This document shows positions 10,868 through 19,954 of a stretch of 64,000 nucleotides of DNA, in pieces; the stretch's first letter is position 1; each line of letters starts with the position of its first letter. The stretch covers positions 96,001-160,000 of the forward strand of contig CAVYSY010000032.1 in the NCBI GenBank assembly GCA_963771175.1, read 5' to 3'. The notes under the pieces were generated by a model, which saw only the letters and a program-made list of their open reading frames with translations, was not told the DNA's origin and made no database searches. The stretch is from an uncultured delta proteobacterium. Its GTDB lineage: Bacteria; Myxococcota; Myxococcia; Myxococcales; Myxococcaceae. Both the position numbers and the translations under genes were made by a program.

Positions 10868-11906
10868 ATGCCTGATTCCCCCGGCTCGCCCACCGAGGCA
10901 GTCCTCCACGCCACCCGGCGCTACCTGCGCGCGTCCCCCTCGGCGGCACTGTGCGTGGGCATCACCCACCGCGGAGTGCACCACGTGCAGGCCCTCCGTC
11001 ACGAGGGGACACCCGCCGCCGCGGATTCCCTGTACGAGCTGGGCTTTCTCACCCAGGTCTTCACCGGCACCCTCCTCGCCCTGTTGGTGGACCGGGGCGA
11101 GGCGAGGCTCGATACGCCCCTGAAGGAGCTGCTCCCCCAGCCGCTCCTCCCGGATGAGAGCGCTGGCCGCATCACGCTCGAGCAGCTCGCGACGCACACC
11201 TCCGGCATGCCGCACGACCCGCCGAACCTGCGGTCCCCACAGCAGAACCCGGCCGACCCCTACGGCCACTACAGCGCGGAGCTGTTCGGGGCCTTCCTGC
11301 GGAGCTACCACCCCCAGCACCCGCCGCCGCGAAAGCACGCCGAATCCATCATCGGCATGGGCGTGCTCGGGCACGTCCTCTCCCGCCGTCTGAGACTCAA
11401 CTACGGGCACGCCGTGCGGGACCACCTCAGCACGCCGCTGCGGCTCGGCGACACCACCGCCGTCCGCCTCTCCGAGGAACAGGAGCGGCGCCTGCGTCCC
11501 GGCCACTCCGCTCGGGGCCTGCCGGTGCCGGGTTGGACCTTCCCGTCGCTGCCCGGGGCGGGAGCGATCCGCTCGACGGTGCCCGACCTGCTGCGCTTCC
11601 TCGATGCGAACCTCAGATCCGGAGGCCGGGCTCGGTCGGGCCCTGCGGCTCACGCACATCCCGCGCGCGGAAGCCCGCGGCATGCGCGTGGGGCTCGGGT
11701 GGAACATCTCCGACGTGGGCGGCAAGCCCGTGGTGTGGCGCTCCTCGGTGACGGGCGGCTACGCCGGCTTTATCGGCTTCTCGGCCGAGGCGGACGCCGG
11801 TGTCGTCATCCTGTCGGACCACACCAGGTCCTTCCTCGACTCGCTCCGCAAGCGGGTGCCCGTCGAGGAGCCCGGGTTCACGCTCCTCTCCGGATACCTT
11901 CGCTAA
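10868..11906 (+). CDS. Beta-lactamase/serine hydrolase family protein lacking catalytic motifs (frameshift near 11620)
   Basis: Family scaffold (ITLEQLATHTSGMP, GAGAIRSTVPDLLRFL, GLGW, GGYAGFIG, GVVILS); SxxK position reads FLTQ. Confidence 0.75.
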
Positions 11907-11917
11907 CCCCCGAGGCT

Positions 11918-12499
11918 TCAGGGGAGCCGGAGCGTCCGCACCATCTCGTCCAGGACGGCCTTGTTGCCCGCATAGTCGAGCCCGCGCACCGTCAGGGTGC
12001 TCGCGCGGACGACGGAGTCACCATCACCGATGGCATAGACGTACTCGCGGGTGCCCGGGGGCAGCATCTGCGAATCCGAGGTGGCCCGCACCTCCAGGCG
12101 CACCGCGGGGCGGCCGGCCACTGTCAGACGCTCTTGCTGGAGCACCACGTAGCCGGAGCCGGTGGAGCCCTGGACGAAATCATCGAGCGAAACGGGCTCT
12201 CGCTTCACGGAGACGGCCACGGGAGGCTCCTCGGTGCCCGGCTGCACGTCGAAGGGCGTGGGGTGGAAGAGGCGGCAGGGCTCCACGCCGTTGCCTTTGT
12301 TCGCTCTCCACGCCGAGGGATAGGCAATCGAGTACCGGCCAGCGGGGTTGGAGCACCGGGTGAGCGAGGGCTCTGGAGGACGAGTCGCCTCCACCCGCTG
12401 GCGAGCACACCCGCTCGCGGCGAGCACGGCGGCGGAGAGGACGAGGAGACGCGCCGCGAGAGCCACACGAGAGCACCGGTTCGAGAGCACCATCCGCAT
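11918..12499 (-). CDS. Lipoprotein, PsbP/Mog1-like fold likely
   Basis: RBS GGAGG; signal peptide with AASGC lipobox; YSIAYPSAW, TVAGRPAVRLE, LDEMVRTLRL pattern. Confidence 0.65.
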   Translation of the reverse strand: MRMVLSNRCSRVALAARLLVLSAAVLAASGCARQRVEATRPPEPSLTRCSNPAGRYSIAYPSAWRANKGNGVEPCRLFHPTPFDVQPGTEEPPVAVSVKREPVSLDDFVQGSTGSGYVVLQQERLTVAGRPAVRLEVRATSDSQMLPPGTREYVYAIGDGDSVVRASTLTVRGLDYAGNKAVLDEMVRTLRLP

Positions 12500-12691
12500 T
12501 GCCACACCTCCAGCCCGAAGGGCCGCTTGGGGGGAACGAGGCATGGTAGGCGGGCGAGAACGGGGAAGAAGGGCCCGAAGCCCGGAGACGTCCGAAAGAG
12601 CAACGAAGCCCATGAGCCTCGCATGAAGGTGTCGGACATCGCGGAGGGGAGGACACCTCGCGGGCACACAGGCCCGGCTATGCTCGGGCAC

Positions 12692-13942
12692 ATGACACGA
12701 GTGCGCTCCTCTCCCAATCGCTCCTGGTTCCTGCCGCGCCATCTGTGCCGCGCCCTGTTCGTCCTCGCACTCGGCCCCCTGTGCCTCGAAGCGTGTGCGG
12801 CAACCGCTCCCTCCAAGACATCCGCTGAGGTCCCCGCCCCCTCCGTCGTCCGCTTCGTCCGCGCCTGCGACGCACTCGAAGCCGGAAACCTGGACGGCGC
12901 GGCGAGCGACATCCTCACGCTGCGCGAGGCCCTTCCCGAGCGCCCCGAGCCACGCCTGCTGGAGTCACTCCTCTCCCTCAGGCGTACCCGGCCTGACCTC
13001 GGCTGGCGCGACGCCTTCCTCCAGGCCTGGAACGGCATCGGCCGACCCGACTTCAGGGAGTCCCCCTTCCTCCAGGACGACCCGGAGCCCCGCCCCACGG
13101 GCCCCAGCCCCGAGCAGGTCTGGCGCAAGGAGCTCTCGGCCGAGCAGCGCTTCGTGCTCGCCCTCTCCATGAGTCCCGATGCCGACCGGGCCCGCGCCAT
13201 CCTCCAGCAGCTCCCCGTGCTCGCACCTCCCGAGCTGATCGTCGCCGCCGTCGAGCACCTCCAACGCGAGGAGCTGCCCGCTGCGGTGCGCGCCCAGGCC
13301 CGTACCACCCTGCGCGCCCGCCTCACCGCGCTCTCCGCCGACTACCCGGAGTCCATGCAGCTTCGCGCCCTGCTGCTCCTGGAGGGGACCGACGCCCAGA
13401 CGCCCTTCACGCCCCGGGAGCTCCAGGAGCTCGAGGCCCTCTCCCAGCTCCCCGACTGGCGTCAGAGCGGGTTCCTCGCGCTCTACCGGTACGCGCTGCG
13501 GCACTTCGAGGCCACCGGGGTTTCCGTCCCGGTGGACTACGCGTACACCCTCGCCGTCATGTCGCTGGTCAGCCCCGTCCCCCTGCTGCTCCAGCATCGC
13601 CTGGAGGCCTCGAGGGACGCGCTCACTCCCGCCGAGCACCAGCGCCTGGGCGAGTCCCTCTGGCGCATCGGCTCGCGCCTCTCCGACGAGTCCTCCGTCG
13701 TCGAGCGGCTCGTGGGGCTCAGCCTCATGAAGAAGGCCGCCGCCGCGCTGGGGGACGACACCCGCCTCCTGCAGGCCACGGAGGTGCTCGCCGACGAACG
13801 GGCCACCTACCAGGCCTGGCTGAGCGCGGAGTCACACCGCTGGCCCCTGCCCTCCCTGCGGCAGGCGATGATCGACGCCGCCATGAGCGACGAGGTGGCC
13901 CACATGCACGCCTTCCGCGCCCCCGCCGCCAACACGCGGTAG
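12692..13942 (+). CDS. Putative lipoprotein, helical, unknown function
   Basis: Signal peptide ending CLEAC; high GC3; TATGCT lies 7 nt before the ATG (possibly leaderless); its 5' part is duplicated at 21007-21344. Confidence 0.7.
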   Translation: MTRVRSSPNRSWFLPRHLCRALFVLALGPLCLEACAATAPSKTSAEVPAPSVVRFVRACDALEAGNLDGAASDILTLREALPERPEPRLLESLLSLRRTRPDLGWRDAFLQAWNGIGRPDFRESPFLQDDPEPRPTGPSPEQVWRKELSAEQRFVLALSMSPDADRARAILQQLPVLAPPELIVAAVEHLQREELPAAVRAQARTTLRARLTALSADYPESMQLRALLLLEGTDAQTPFTPRELQELEALSQLPDWRQSGFLALYRYALRHFEATGVSVPVDYAYTLAVMSLVSPVPLLLQHRLEASRDALTPAEHQRLGESLWRIGSRLSDESSVVERLVGLSLMKKAAAALGDDTRLLQATEVLADERATYQAWLSAESHRWPLPSLRQAMIDAAMSDEVAHMHAFRAPAANTR

Positions 13943-14048
13943 GACCGGAGCCGCGTTCCGACTCCCCAGGAGGGGCGAGCGTCCCGCCGTGACGCTGACC
14001 TCGGCCTTGGGATTGCACGACGCGAGGGCCATGCGGAAATCTTCCCTC

Positions 14049-14654
14049 ATGGCCACCCGTCGTCCCCCAGAGTCCGAGTCCACCGAGCGCAACGCCCCGT
14101 CCGTCGAGGCGGCCTTCCAGGCTGCTCCAGATGAGCTGGTGGCGGAGATCCTCGACGGGGAGCTGCACCTCAGCCCTCACCCAGCCCGTCCGCAGGTCAA
14201 CGCGCGGTCGAACCTGGGCATCCTCATTGGAGGGCCCTTCAAGTTCGGCAGAGGGGGACCGGGCGGCTGGGTCATCCTCGACGAGCCGGAGTTCCACCTC
14301 GGTCCCCGTCCGGACAAGCTCGTACCGGACCTCGCCGGATGGCGGCGCGAGCGCTTGCCTCGGGCCGTCGGAGGGGAAGAGGCCCCGGCGCACTACGACC
14401 TCGCTCCGGACTGGGCGTGCGAGGTCCTCTCCGAGCGCACGCGGCGCAGGGACAAGGGCCCGAAGATGCGCATCTACGCCCGGGAAGGAGTGCGGCACCT
14501 GTGGCATGTGGACCCGCTCGCCCGCACGCTCGACATCTTCCGGCTCCAGGGGGGCGACTGGCTCCTCGTCGACTCCTTCACCGGGGAGGAGCGGGTCCGC
14601 GCCGAGCCCTTCGAGGCCATCGAGCTCGAGCTGGCACTGCTCTGGTCCGAATGA
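14049..14654 (+). CDS. Uma2 family (DUF820) PD-(D/E)XK endonuclease
   Basis: AEILDGELHLSP, GGPGGWVILDEPE, VPDLAGWRRER, APDWACEVLS..T...D...K..IYA..GV..LW.VDP. Confidence 0.92.
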   Translation: MATRRPPESESTERNAPSVEAAFQAAPDELVAEILDGELHLSPHPARPQVNARSNLGILIGGPFKFGRGGPGGWVILDEPEFHLGPRPDKLVPDLAGWRRERLPRAVGGEEAPAHYDLAPDWACEVLSERTRRRDKGPKMRIYAREGVRHLWHVDPLARTLDIFRLQGGDWLLVDSFTGEERVRAEPFEAIELELALLWSE

Positions 14655-14672
14655 GGGGCTGAACCGGGCGGG

Positions 14673-14706
14673 TCCTTTGACACCTTCCAGGGGGGTGCTG
14701 TAGCGC
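14673..14706 (+). promoter_or_regulatory. Island motif copy; also a possible promoter of the 14715 gene
   Basis: TCCTTTGACACCTTCCAGGG contains TTGACA (14677-14682), N18, then TAGCGC, and ATG follows 8 nt later. Confidence 0.45.
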
Positions 14707-14714
14707 TCCTTCCC

Positions 14715-15608
14715 ATGACACGCTCCACTCGCCGCGTGGTGCTCGCGGCCCTCCTTTCCGCCCTCTGTGCCTGCGCCACGTCCTCCGCCTCGCGGCGCTC
14801 CCCGCACGCCGTCACGCCGCGCTTCGCCTGGCCCGAGCACTACTCCGCTCGCGTCTCGTACTCCTTCACGGCGAACAGTCCCCTGGGCAACACCGAGGTC
14901 CACCGCCGCTACTGGCTGACGGTGGAGCCGGCGAAGGAGAAGGGCGTCCACCGGCTCGTCCCTCGGGACATGGAGGTGTTTCCGCCCGAGTTCGCCGCCA
15001 TCGTGGACCCGGTGCCCACGGTGCTCTTCGACAACGAGGGCTCCTTCCAGCGCGCCGAGTTCCCCGAGGAACTGCCGGGCCAGGGGTTGCTGGAGGCGCT
15101 GCCCCTGGAGCCTGAGAAGAGGGCGGAGATCATCAAGAACATCGTGGCCAAGCAGGAGGAGTCGGCGCGGGAAGACTGGACACGGCTGGTGGAGCACTGG
15201 CGAGGCATCACCCTGGCGCCCGGCGAGCCGGTGCAGCTCGAGTCGAAGATGGTGGTGGGCACGGGCCTGATGGAGAAGAAGGAAGTGGCCTCGGAAGAGC
15301 GCTACTCCATCGAGGTGGACGTGCCGTGCGCACCGGACGCACAGGAGCGGCACTGTGTGCGGTTGAGCGTGGAGGTGCAGCCGGTGGGCCAGTCCGAGGC
15401 GGGCGAGGGACCCCTGGCGCGCTGGAGCTTCGAGCTGGTGACGGACCCGGACACGCTGGTGCCGTACTCCACCCGGTTGATGCGCCTGGACAGGGTGGAC
15501 TGGGGCGAGGACGGCGGCGCTCAATCCCTCAAGGAGTTCATGCAGGTGGAGGAATACCTCTACACCTACGGCGCCCAGCCCGTGCCGCCCGGCTCGAAAC
15601 AGCTCTGA
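14715..15608 (+). CDS. Putative lipoprotein, unknown function
   Basis: MTRSTRRVVLAALLSALCAC lipoprotein-type signal; 297 aa; high GC3. Confidence 0.75.
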   Translation: MTRSTRRVVLAALLSALCACATSSASRRSPHAVTPRFAWPEHYSARVSYSFTANSPLGNTEVHRRYWLTVEPAKEKGVHRLVPRDMEVFPPEFAAIVDPVPTVLFDNEGSFQRAEFPEELPGQGLLEALPLEPEKRAEIIKNIVAKQEESAREDWTRLVEHWRGITLAPGEPVQLESKMVVGTGLMEKKEVASEERYSIEVDVPCAPDAQERHCVRLSVEVQPVGQSEAGEGPLARWSFELVTDPDTLVPYSTRLMRLDRVDWGEDGGAQSLKEFMQVEEYLYTYGAQPVPPGSKQL

Positions 15609-15647
15609 GCGCCGCGTCGAACGCCTCCGTTGACGTCATGAGCCCAC

Positions 15648-16187
15648 CTATGGGTGGTACGGGTAGCGCGCCAGCACCTTCCCGTCGGGCGATACGGCGT
15701 ACAATTCAAACCAGTGGAGGGACGGATTGAAACCAGGGACCGCCCATCCGCACTTGTCCACACGCCGGTTGATTGCAACGAAATACAGCCCCCTCTCCTG
15801 GCCAACAGTGACTTCCATGGCTTTGGCGGAGTAGGAGCAATCTCCCGCGTATTCCTTCGGGAAGCTGGCCAGCAATCGCTGCAGCGCGGCATGAGCAGCG
15901 AGGACAGCGGGACCATCCAACGTGGCCAGCGGGCGCACCTCATCGGGCCACTCAATGCCCTCTGCGATGATGGGGGGCCGAGCAACAGTCCCACCATCCG
16001 CCTCTGACGTGCTGGGTCGGGAAAGGACGGTCCCACCATCCGCCTCTGACGTGCTGGGTTGGAGGATGACCGTTCCTCCATCTGTCCCAGCCCCTCCATC
16101 GCCCCCTGGAATGCCGGGCTGGGAGGTGACAACGCCACCATCCACCAGGAGCGACATGAGAAGGATGAAATGCTGAGGATTCATCAT
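15648..16187 (-). CDS. Secreted partner / putative immunity protein of the JAB lipoprotein
   Basis: RBS GGAG; hydrophobic N-terminus; DGGT repeats; two Cys; C-terminal FELYAVSPDGKVLARYPYHP; starts 22 nt after the JAB gene. Confidence 0.6.
   Translation of the reverse strand: MMNPQHFILLMSLLVDGGVVTSQPGIPGGDGGAGTDGGTVILQPSTSEADGGTVLSRPSTSEADGGTVARPPIIAEGIEWPDEVRPLATLDGPAVLAAHAALQRLLASFPKEYAGDCSYSAKAMEVTVGQERGLYFVAINRRVDKCGWAVPGFNPSLHWFELYAVSPDGKVLARYPYHP
15988..16058. repeat. 42-bp-period tandem repeat encoding PSTSEADGGTV twice
   Basis: gtcccaccatccgcctctgacgtgctgggt at 15988 and 16030. Confidence 0.85.
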
Positions 16188-16209
16188 GGAACCGTGCTCC
16201 AAGGTTCTT

Positions 16210-16995
16210 CTACCATTTCAATTCGGGCGAGCATTTGGGCAGGAGAATTCTGGGGCTGAGCATTCCGGACGACTCTTGAGGTTGGCAGGTGGCCTGAAAG
16301 TCCCAATGTTCCTTGTCATCGTTCCATCGGAAGACCTCACCCGCTGGATTCCATTTGTAGAAGCGAGGCTCATCCTTGTGACCCGTGGCGAGCCAGGCCC
16401 AGGCGGGAATCAATTGACCTCGGGAATCACGCCCCAACCCACCGATGGGGCTCGCCGCGTAGGACACCATCGTCCAGAGCCCCTCTCCCGTCTTCATCGC
16501 GGGAAATTTGGTCAGGTCTGGGCTGCTTATACTTGTTGCGCACGGATGATTGTGAGCGAAGCCAACGACAGGCAGCTCCCGGCCGAAGTCCTCATCTTCC
16601 ACTCCGCCGAAAGGAGGTTGACATGAATCGCGCTCATTCATCAGGTTGCGGATGGGCCATGACACGCGCCAGTCCTGCGGCGCCCTGTAGAGGGCGACAC
16701 AATATTCGGCTGCATCCGGGCGTGGGCGCCCCGTGTTCGGATCGCAGGCATCCACCGCGCCCGGTAACGCCATCAGGGCTTTGAGCGTCGGCAGCACCAG
16801 GTCATCCGGAATGCTGGCCGTGTCCGAGACGACGATGGGGACGTCCTCATGCTTCCAAGGACCGGGGGCCACAGCCAAGTCGATTCTTCCCTCCAGGATG
16901 GGCAACTCGGTCCGCAGGAAGTAGAGCCTGGGACCCGCGCATGCCAGGGCCTGCATGAGCACGAGGAAGGAGACCTGTCGCCAGGGAGGATTCAC
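16210..16995 (-). CDS. Putative lipoprotein with JAB/MPN-like metalloenzyme domain (DUF4329-like candidate toxin)
   Basis: QALAC signal end; AEYCVALY (Glu motif); FAHNHPCATSISSPD (HxH..SxxD); start codon uncertain. Confidence 0.6.
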   Translation of the reverse strand: MNPPWRQVSFLVLMQALACAGPRLYFLRTELPILEGRIDLAVAPGPWKHEDVPIVVSDTASIPDDLVLPTLKALMALPGAVDACDPNTGRPRPDAAEYCVALYRAPQDWRVSWPIRNLMNERDSCQPPFGGVEDEDFGRELPVVGFAHNHPCATSISSPDLTKFPAMKTGEGLWTMVSYAASPIGGLGRDSRGQLIPAWAWLATGHKDEPRFYKWNPAGEVFRWNDDKEHWDFQATCQPQESSGMLSPRILLPKCSPELKW

Positions 16996-17134
16996 TCCCT
17001 CGGAGTCTAGAAGAACCAGTCCGGCCGCCTCAAGCGCCCACCACACGCCCCCACGGTGCCCAGCGCGTGCCTCCCGGCTCCAACCCGCTCTGAGCGCCGC
17101 GTCGAGCCGCGTGTCAGCACCCCATCGCACGTCG

Positions 17135-17551
17135 TCACCGCCTGGAACGAGGAGCCCGCTTTGGACGCATCTTAGGCTTCTGGAGGATGATGTCGTACTC
17201 GGTTTCCCGGGTGGGGGAGCGGACGAACTCCGCGCCTTCCGTCGCCAGGAATTCATCCAGGAGACGGACGATCGCTTCGAGCGTGCGCGCCAGATCGCCC
17301 CCGTTGGCTTCATGGACTTGCTGGCCCCACCAGGAGGGGTGATACCGCCACTCCGGGTGCCGCTTGTAGAGCCACTCCCTGAAACACTCGTGCTGGCTCT
17401 TCTGCCCTGAATCCCCGAGGACATCCTCATAGCCCGTGATGTAGAGGGAGCGCTGATCGAGCGTGAAATCCGGGGCGAACATCCTCGGGCGCGAACAGAT
17501 GTGGCGCATGTGCTCGAACAGGCTTCCCGCATTGAGCTGCACAGGACTCAT
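17135..17551 (-). CDS. Orphan immunity-like protein (family resembling 19577-19954)
   Basis: L..YI.GY...F.EWL....W....GD....L..I..LL.EF pattern; ATGA overlap with a ...FVSTTP* stub upstream. Confidence 0.55.
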   Translation of the reverse strand: MSPVQLNAGSLFEHMRHICSRPRMFAPDFTLDQRSLYITGYEDVLGDSGQKSQHECFREWLYKRHPEWRYHPSWWGQQVHEANGGDLARTLEAIVRLLDEFLATEGAEFVRSPTRETEYDIILQKPKMRPKRAPRSRR

Positions 17552-17553
17552 GG
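17454..17553. repeat. ~100-bp direct repeat, copy 1 (copy 2 at 19944-20042)
   Basis: gatcgagcgtgaa(a/g)tccggggcgaacatcctcgggcgcgaacagatgtggcgcatgtgctcgaaca... present at both sites. Confidence 0.85.
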
Positions 17554-17718
17554 CGTCGTGGACACGAAAATGAGAACGACCCGGCGCAGGGAGCTCGACT
17601 GGCACCGGGAGCACACACCCGGACACGGCCGAGGAGTCGTGCTGGACAGGACGATAGAGGTCATGCCGGAATGGACCACGAAGCAGGTCATGGTGCATTT
17701 CCGGAGGAGGCCCACACG

Positions 17719-18408
17719 ATGACACGCCACCAGTCGCGAACTGACAGACCCGTCATGAGCACGCAGCTCGACCTCGAGAGACTCCGCTCCGCCCTCCGCG
17801 GACTCGATCGCGAGACCCTCCTGAGCCTTCTCGACCGTGCCCTCGACCGGGTGCCCAGGAAGCGTCTGGCCGAGATAGCAGAGGGTTATATCTCCCTGGA
17901 GGCGCTCCGTGCCGGAACGGCTCTCGTCGCCGACGTGACGCACTTTTGCGAGGCCAGCCGCCGCGGCGACTACTACGAGGCCTTCGACGTCAACTCGAAG
18001 AACTTCACGCAGATGTCCCTGGGCACACAACGCTGGATTGCGGAGTGCGAGCGCCTGTTCGAAAGATGTGTCACCGATTCCGCGAAGACGCCTCCGGCGG
18101 AGATGCGCAAGGCCCTCGGGCTGCTCCTGGACCTGCTCCGCTCCGTGGATGAGGCCAATGACGACATCGTCTTCTGGGCAGACGAGGGCGGCGCCTATGA
18201 GGTAGGCGTCGACTGGAGGAAGGTACTTCCCGTGTGGTTCCAAGCGCTCGCCGCGACCACCCCACCCGAGGAGTACGCCCGAGAAGCCCTCGCGGCCATC
18301 AAGGACTTCGATTCCGTCCACCGCGACCAGCACCTCCAGGAGGCCCGGACGGCCGCAAGTCCCGCCCAGCGGACAGCTCTCCTCCAGGACGCGGCACGTC
18401 AGCGTTGA
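17719..18408 (+). CDS. Conserved-looking hypothetical protein
   Basis: RBS GGAGGAGG; motifs GDYYEAFDVNSKNF and DDIVFWADEGGAYEVGVDW. Confidence 0.7.
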   Translation: MTRHQSRTDRPVMSTQLDLERLRSALRGLDRETLLSLLDRALDRVPRKRLAEIAEGYISLEALRAGTALVADVTHFCEASRRGDYYEAFDVNSKNFTQMSLGTQRWIAECERLFERCVTDSAKTPPAEMRKALGLLLDLLRSVDEANDDIVFWADEGGAYEVGVDWRKVLPVWFQALAATTPPEEYAREALAAIKDFDSVHRDQHLQEARTAASPAQRTALLQDAARQR

Positions 18409-18766
18409 CCCGTACGGAGGCGCGCCTGACCGGGCCTCCACGACAGGACGCCAACGAACGCGCCCTCGCACGCTCCACCGAACTGCTCGCGCGGATGGCC
18501 TGGCCCAGCGATTCGAGAGGAGCCCCGTCTGCCCGTGCGGCTGTATGGCTGGGAGGTGGGCATCCGCCCTCATGGCTCTAGAGGAGACCGCCCCCTGCCT
18601 CCGCCGTGCTCTCGGGCTGAATGCGCTCAAGGGAAATACCAGACGGCGTTGACTGGAGCATCGCGCGGGAGCTCGACGGTACCGGACTTGGAGCCGGGGC
18701 CTGTCCACAGGTGCCCGTACAGCAACGTGCCCTCCACCAGCAGCCCCGCCCCAACCGTGATGCCGC

Positions 18767-18946
18767 CGCAAGAACTTCCTCTTCGTCGGGCACGTGGCGG
18801 CGGGTGAATACCTCGCGGGCCTCTACGCCCTGGTGGCCACCTGCGAGGCGAACGGAATCAACCCCGAGACCTACTTGGCGGACGTGTTACTGCGCGTGCA
18901 GACGCACCCCAACTCGCGCCTCGACGAACTGCTGCCGCACGAGTGA
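18767..18946 (+). mobile_element. IS66-family transposase C-terminal remnant
   Basis: Translates RKNFLFVGH..AGLYALVATCEANGINPETYLADVLLRVQTHPNSRLDELLPHE*, the IS66 TnpC C-terminus. Confidence 0.85.
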
Positions 18947-18980
18947 GATTGTTCTTCACCGTTGAACAGAGCGGGAAAAC

Positions 18981-19580
18981 ATGCAAAAATCAAAACTCAA
19001 GATGACTCTATTGGTGCGCTTATTGCCATATCTGCTGAGCCTCGCATTGTCGGTAAGCGCCGGACGACCGGATGCTTGTGATTCGGGGGCTCTGCAATCA
19101 TATGGTCTGCTGAGTAGCTCACGTGTTCTGGTGAAATCCCTGATGGGTCAGGTGCCAGACTCCATCAGGGTCAAGATCTTCGCGGCGCTCGCGAAGGGTG
19201 ACGTCGAGGGAGCGGTCTCAGCCTACATGGCCCACAAGGGCTTGACCGACGCGCCGCGATGGCTCCAGGCGTTCCAGGCCGCCTTCAACGTGGCGAACCA
19301 GCAGATGGGACGCTGCCCCCAGGTGGCCAGGGACATCCACGCGGCACTCACGCGCTTCGGCGGCTCGCCGGAGTATGTGCGCGCCAGCAGTACAAAGGGT
19401 CCGTACCTGTCGTGGTACGGGAGACAAATCATGTCGGACAACAACACTCACTTCGCCGTTCGTTATAACGGGCGGCTCTATGATGCGTTCACAGGGGGCA
19501 GTGGAATGCTCGAGCAAGAATATATAGCCGCAATCGAGGCTCGCGCACCAGTGACCCTGGTCGTCACGGGGGCACCATGA
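18981..19580 (+). CDS. Secreted papain-fold toxin candidate (Tox-PL-2-like)
   Basis: Signal peptide; putative triad Cys (GRCPQVA), His (NTHFAVR), Asp (LYDAFTG); ATGA overlap with the next gene. Confidence 0.65.
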   Translation: MQKSKLKMTLLVRLLPYLLSLALSVSAGRPDACDSGALQSYGLLSSSRVLVKSLMGQVPDSIRVKIFAALAKGDVEGAVSAYMAHKGLTDAPRWLQAFQAAFNVANQQMGRCPQVARDIHAALTRFGGSPEYVRASSTKGPYLSWYGRQIMSDNNTHFAVRYNGRLYDAFTGGSGMLEQEYIAAIEARAPVTLVVTGAP

Positions 19581-19954
19581 CTGCCATCCAACCGCCAGAA
19601 GAATGGAGAGGTCGCACCGTCTATACGCTGGACATGCTCATGCTTCTTCGCGAGGAACTCCACCGTGTGGGCACTTTGTTGGTGCATACGGGAGCCACTG
19701 ACATCTATGTGCTGAGATCCTTCATTGATGGGATCACCTTCGCGCAATATTGCAATCGAATCGAAGATAGGGATTGCGAGGAGTTCTTCGCATGGTTGCG
19801 CGATGTGAAGAATGAGTTTCCCTGTGGAGGTGGCTGGGCGCGGAAATGCCTGGAGGAATGTCATGGCGATCACCGCGCGGCGATTGAGAGGTTCCTGGGC
19901 TTCGTAGTCGACTTCGTCGAGTTCAAGAAGAGAGAGAGACAAGATCGAGCGTGA
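19577..19954 (+). CDS. Cognate immunity protein candidate
   Basis: Small acidic helical protein translationally coupled to the toxin; FIDG...FFAWL..GW...GDH..AIERFL. Confidence 0.6.
   Translation: MTAIQPPEEWRGRTVYTLDMLMLLREELHRVGTLLVHTGATDIYVLRSFIDGITFAQYCNRIEDRDCEEFFAWLRDVKNEFPCGGGWARKCLEECHGDHRAAIERFLGFVVDFVEFKKRERQDRA

Noticed and set aside
10532..13942. 1136-aa ORF in the six-frame track
   Set aside because: Chance in-frame fusion of the serine hydrolase 5' part, antisense of the 11918 gene and the 12692 lipoprotein, caused by a frameshift and high GC.
13951..13972. cgcgttccgactccccagg, a partial resemblance to the island motif
   Set aside because: Lacks the TTTGACACC core; too weak to count.
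18409..18766. ORF fragments before the IS66 remnant
   Set aside because: No assignable homology or terminal inverted repeats visible.
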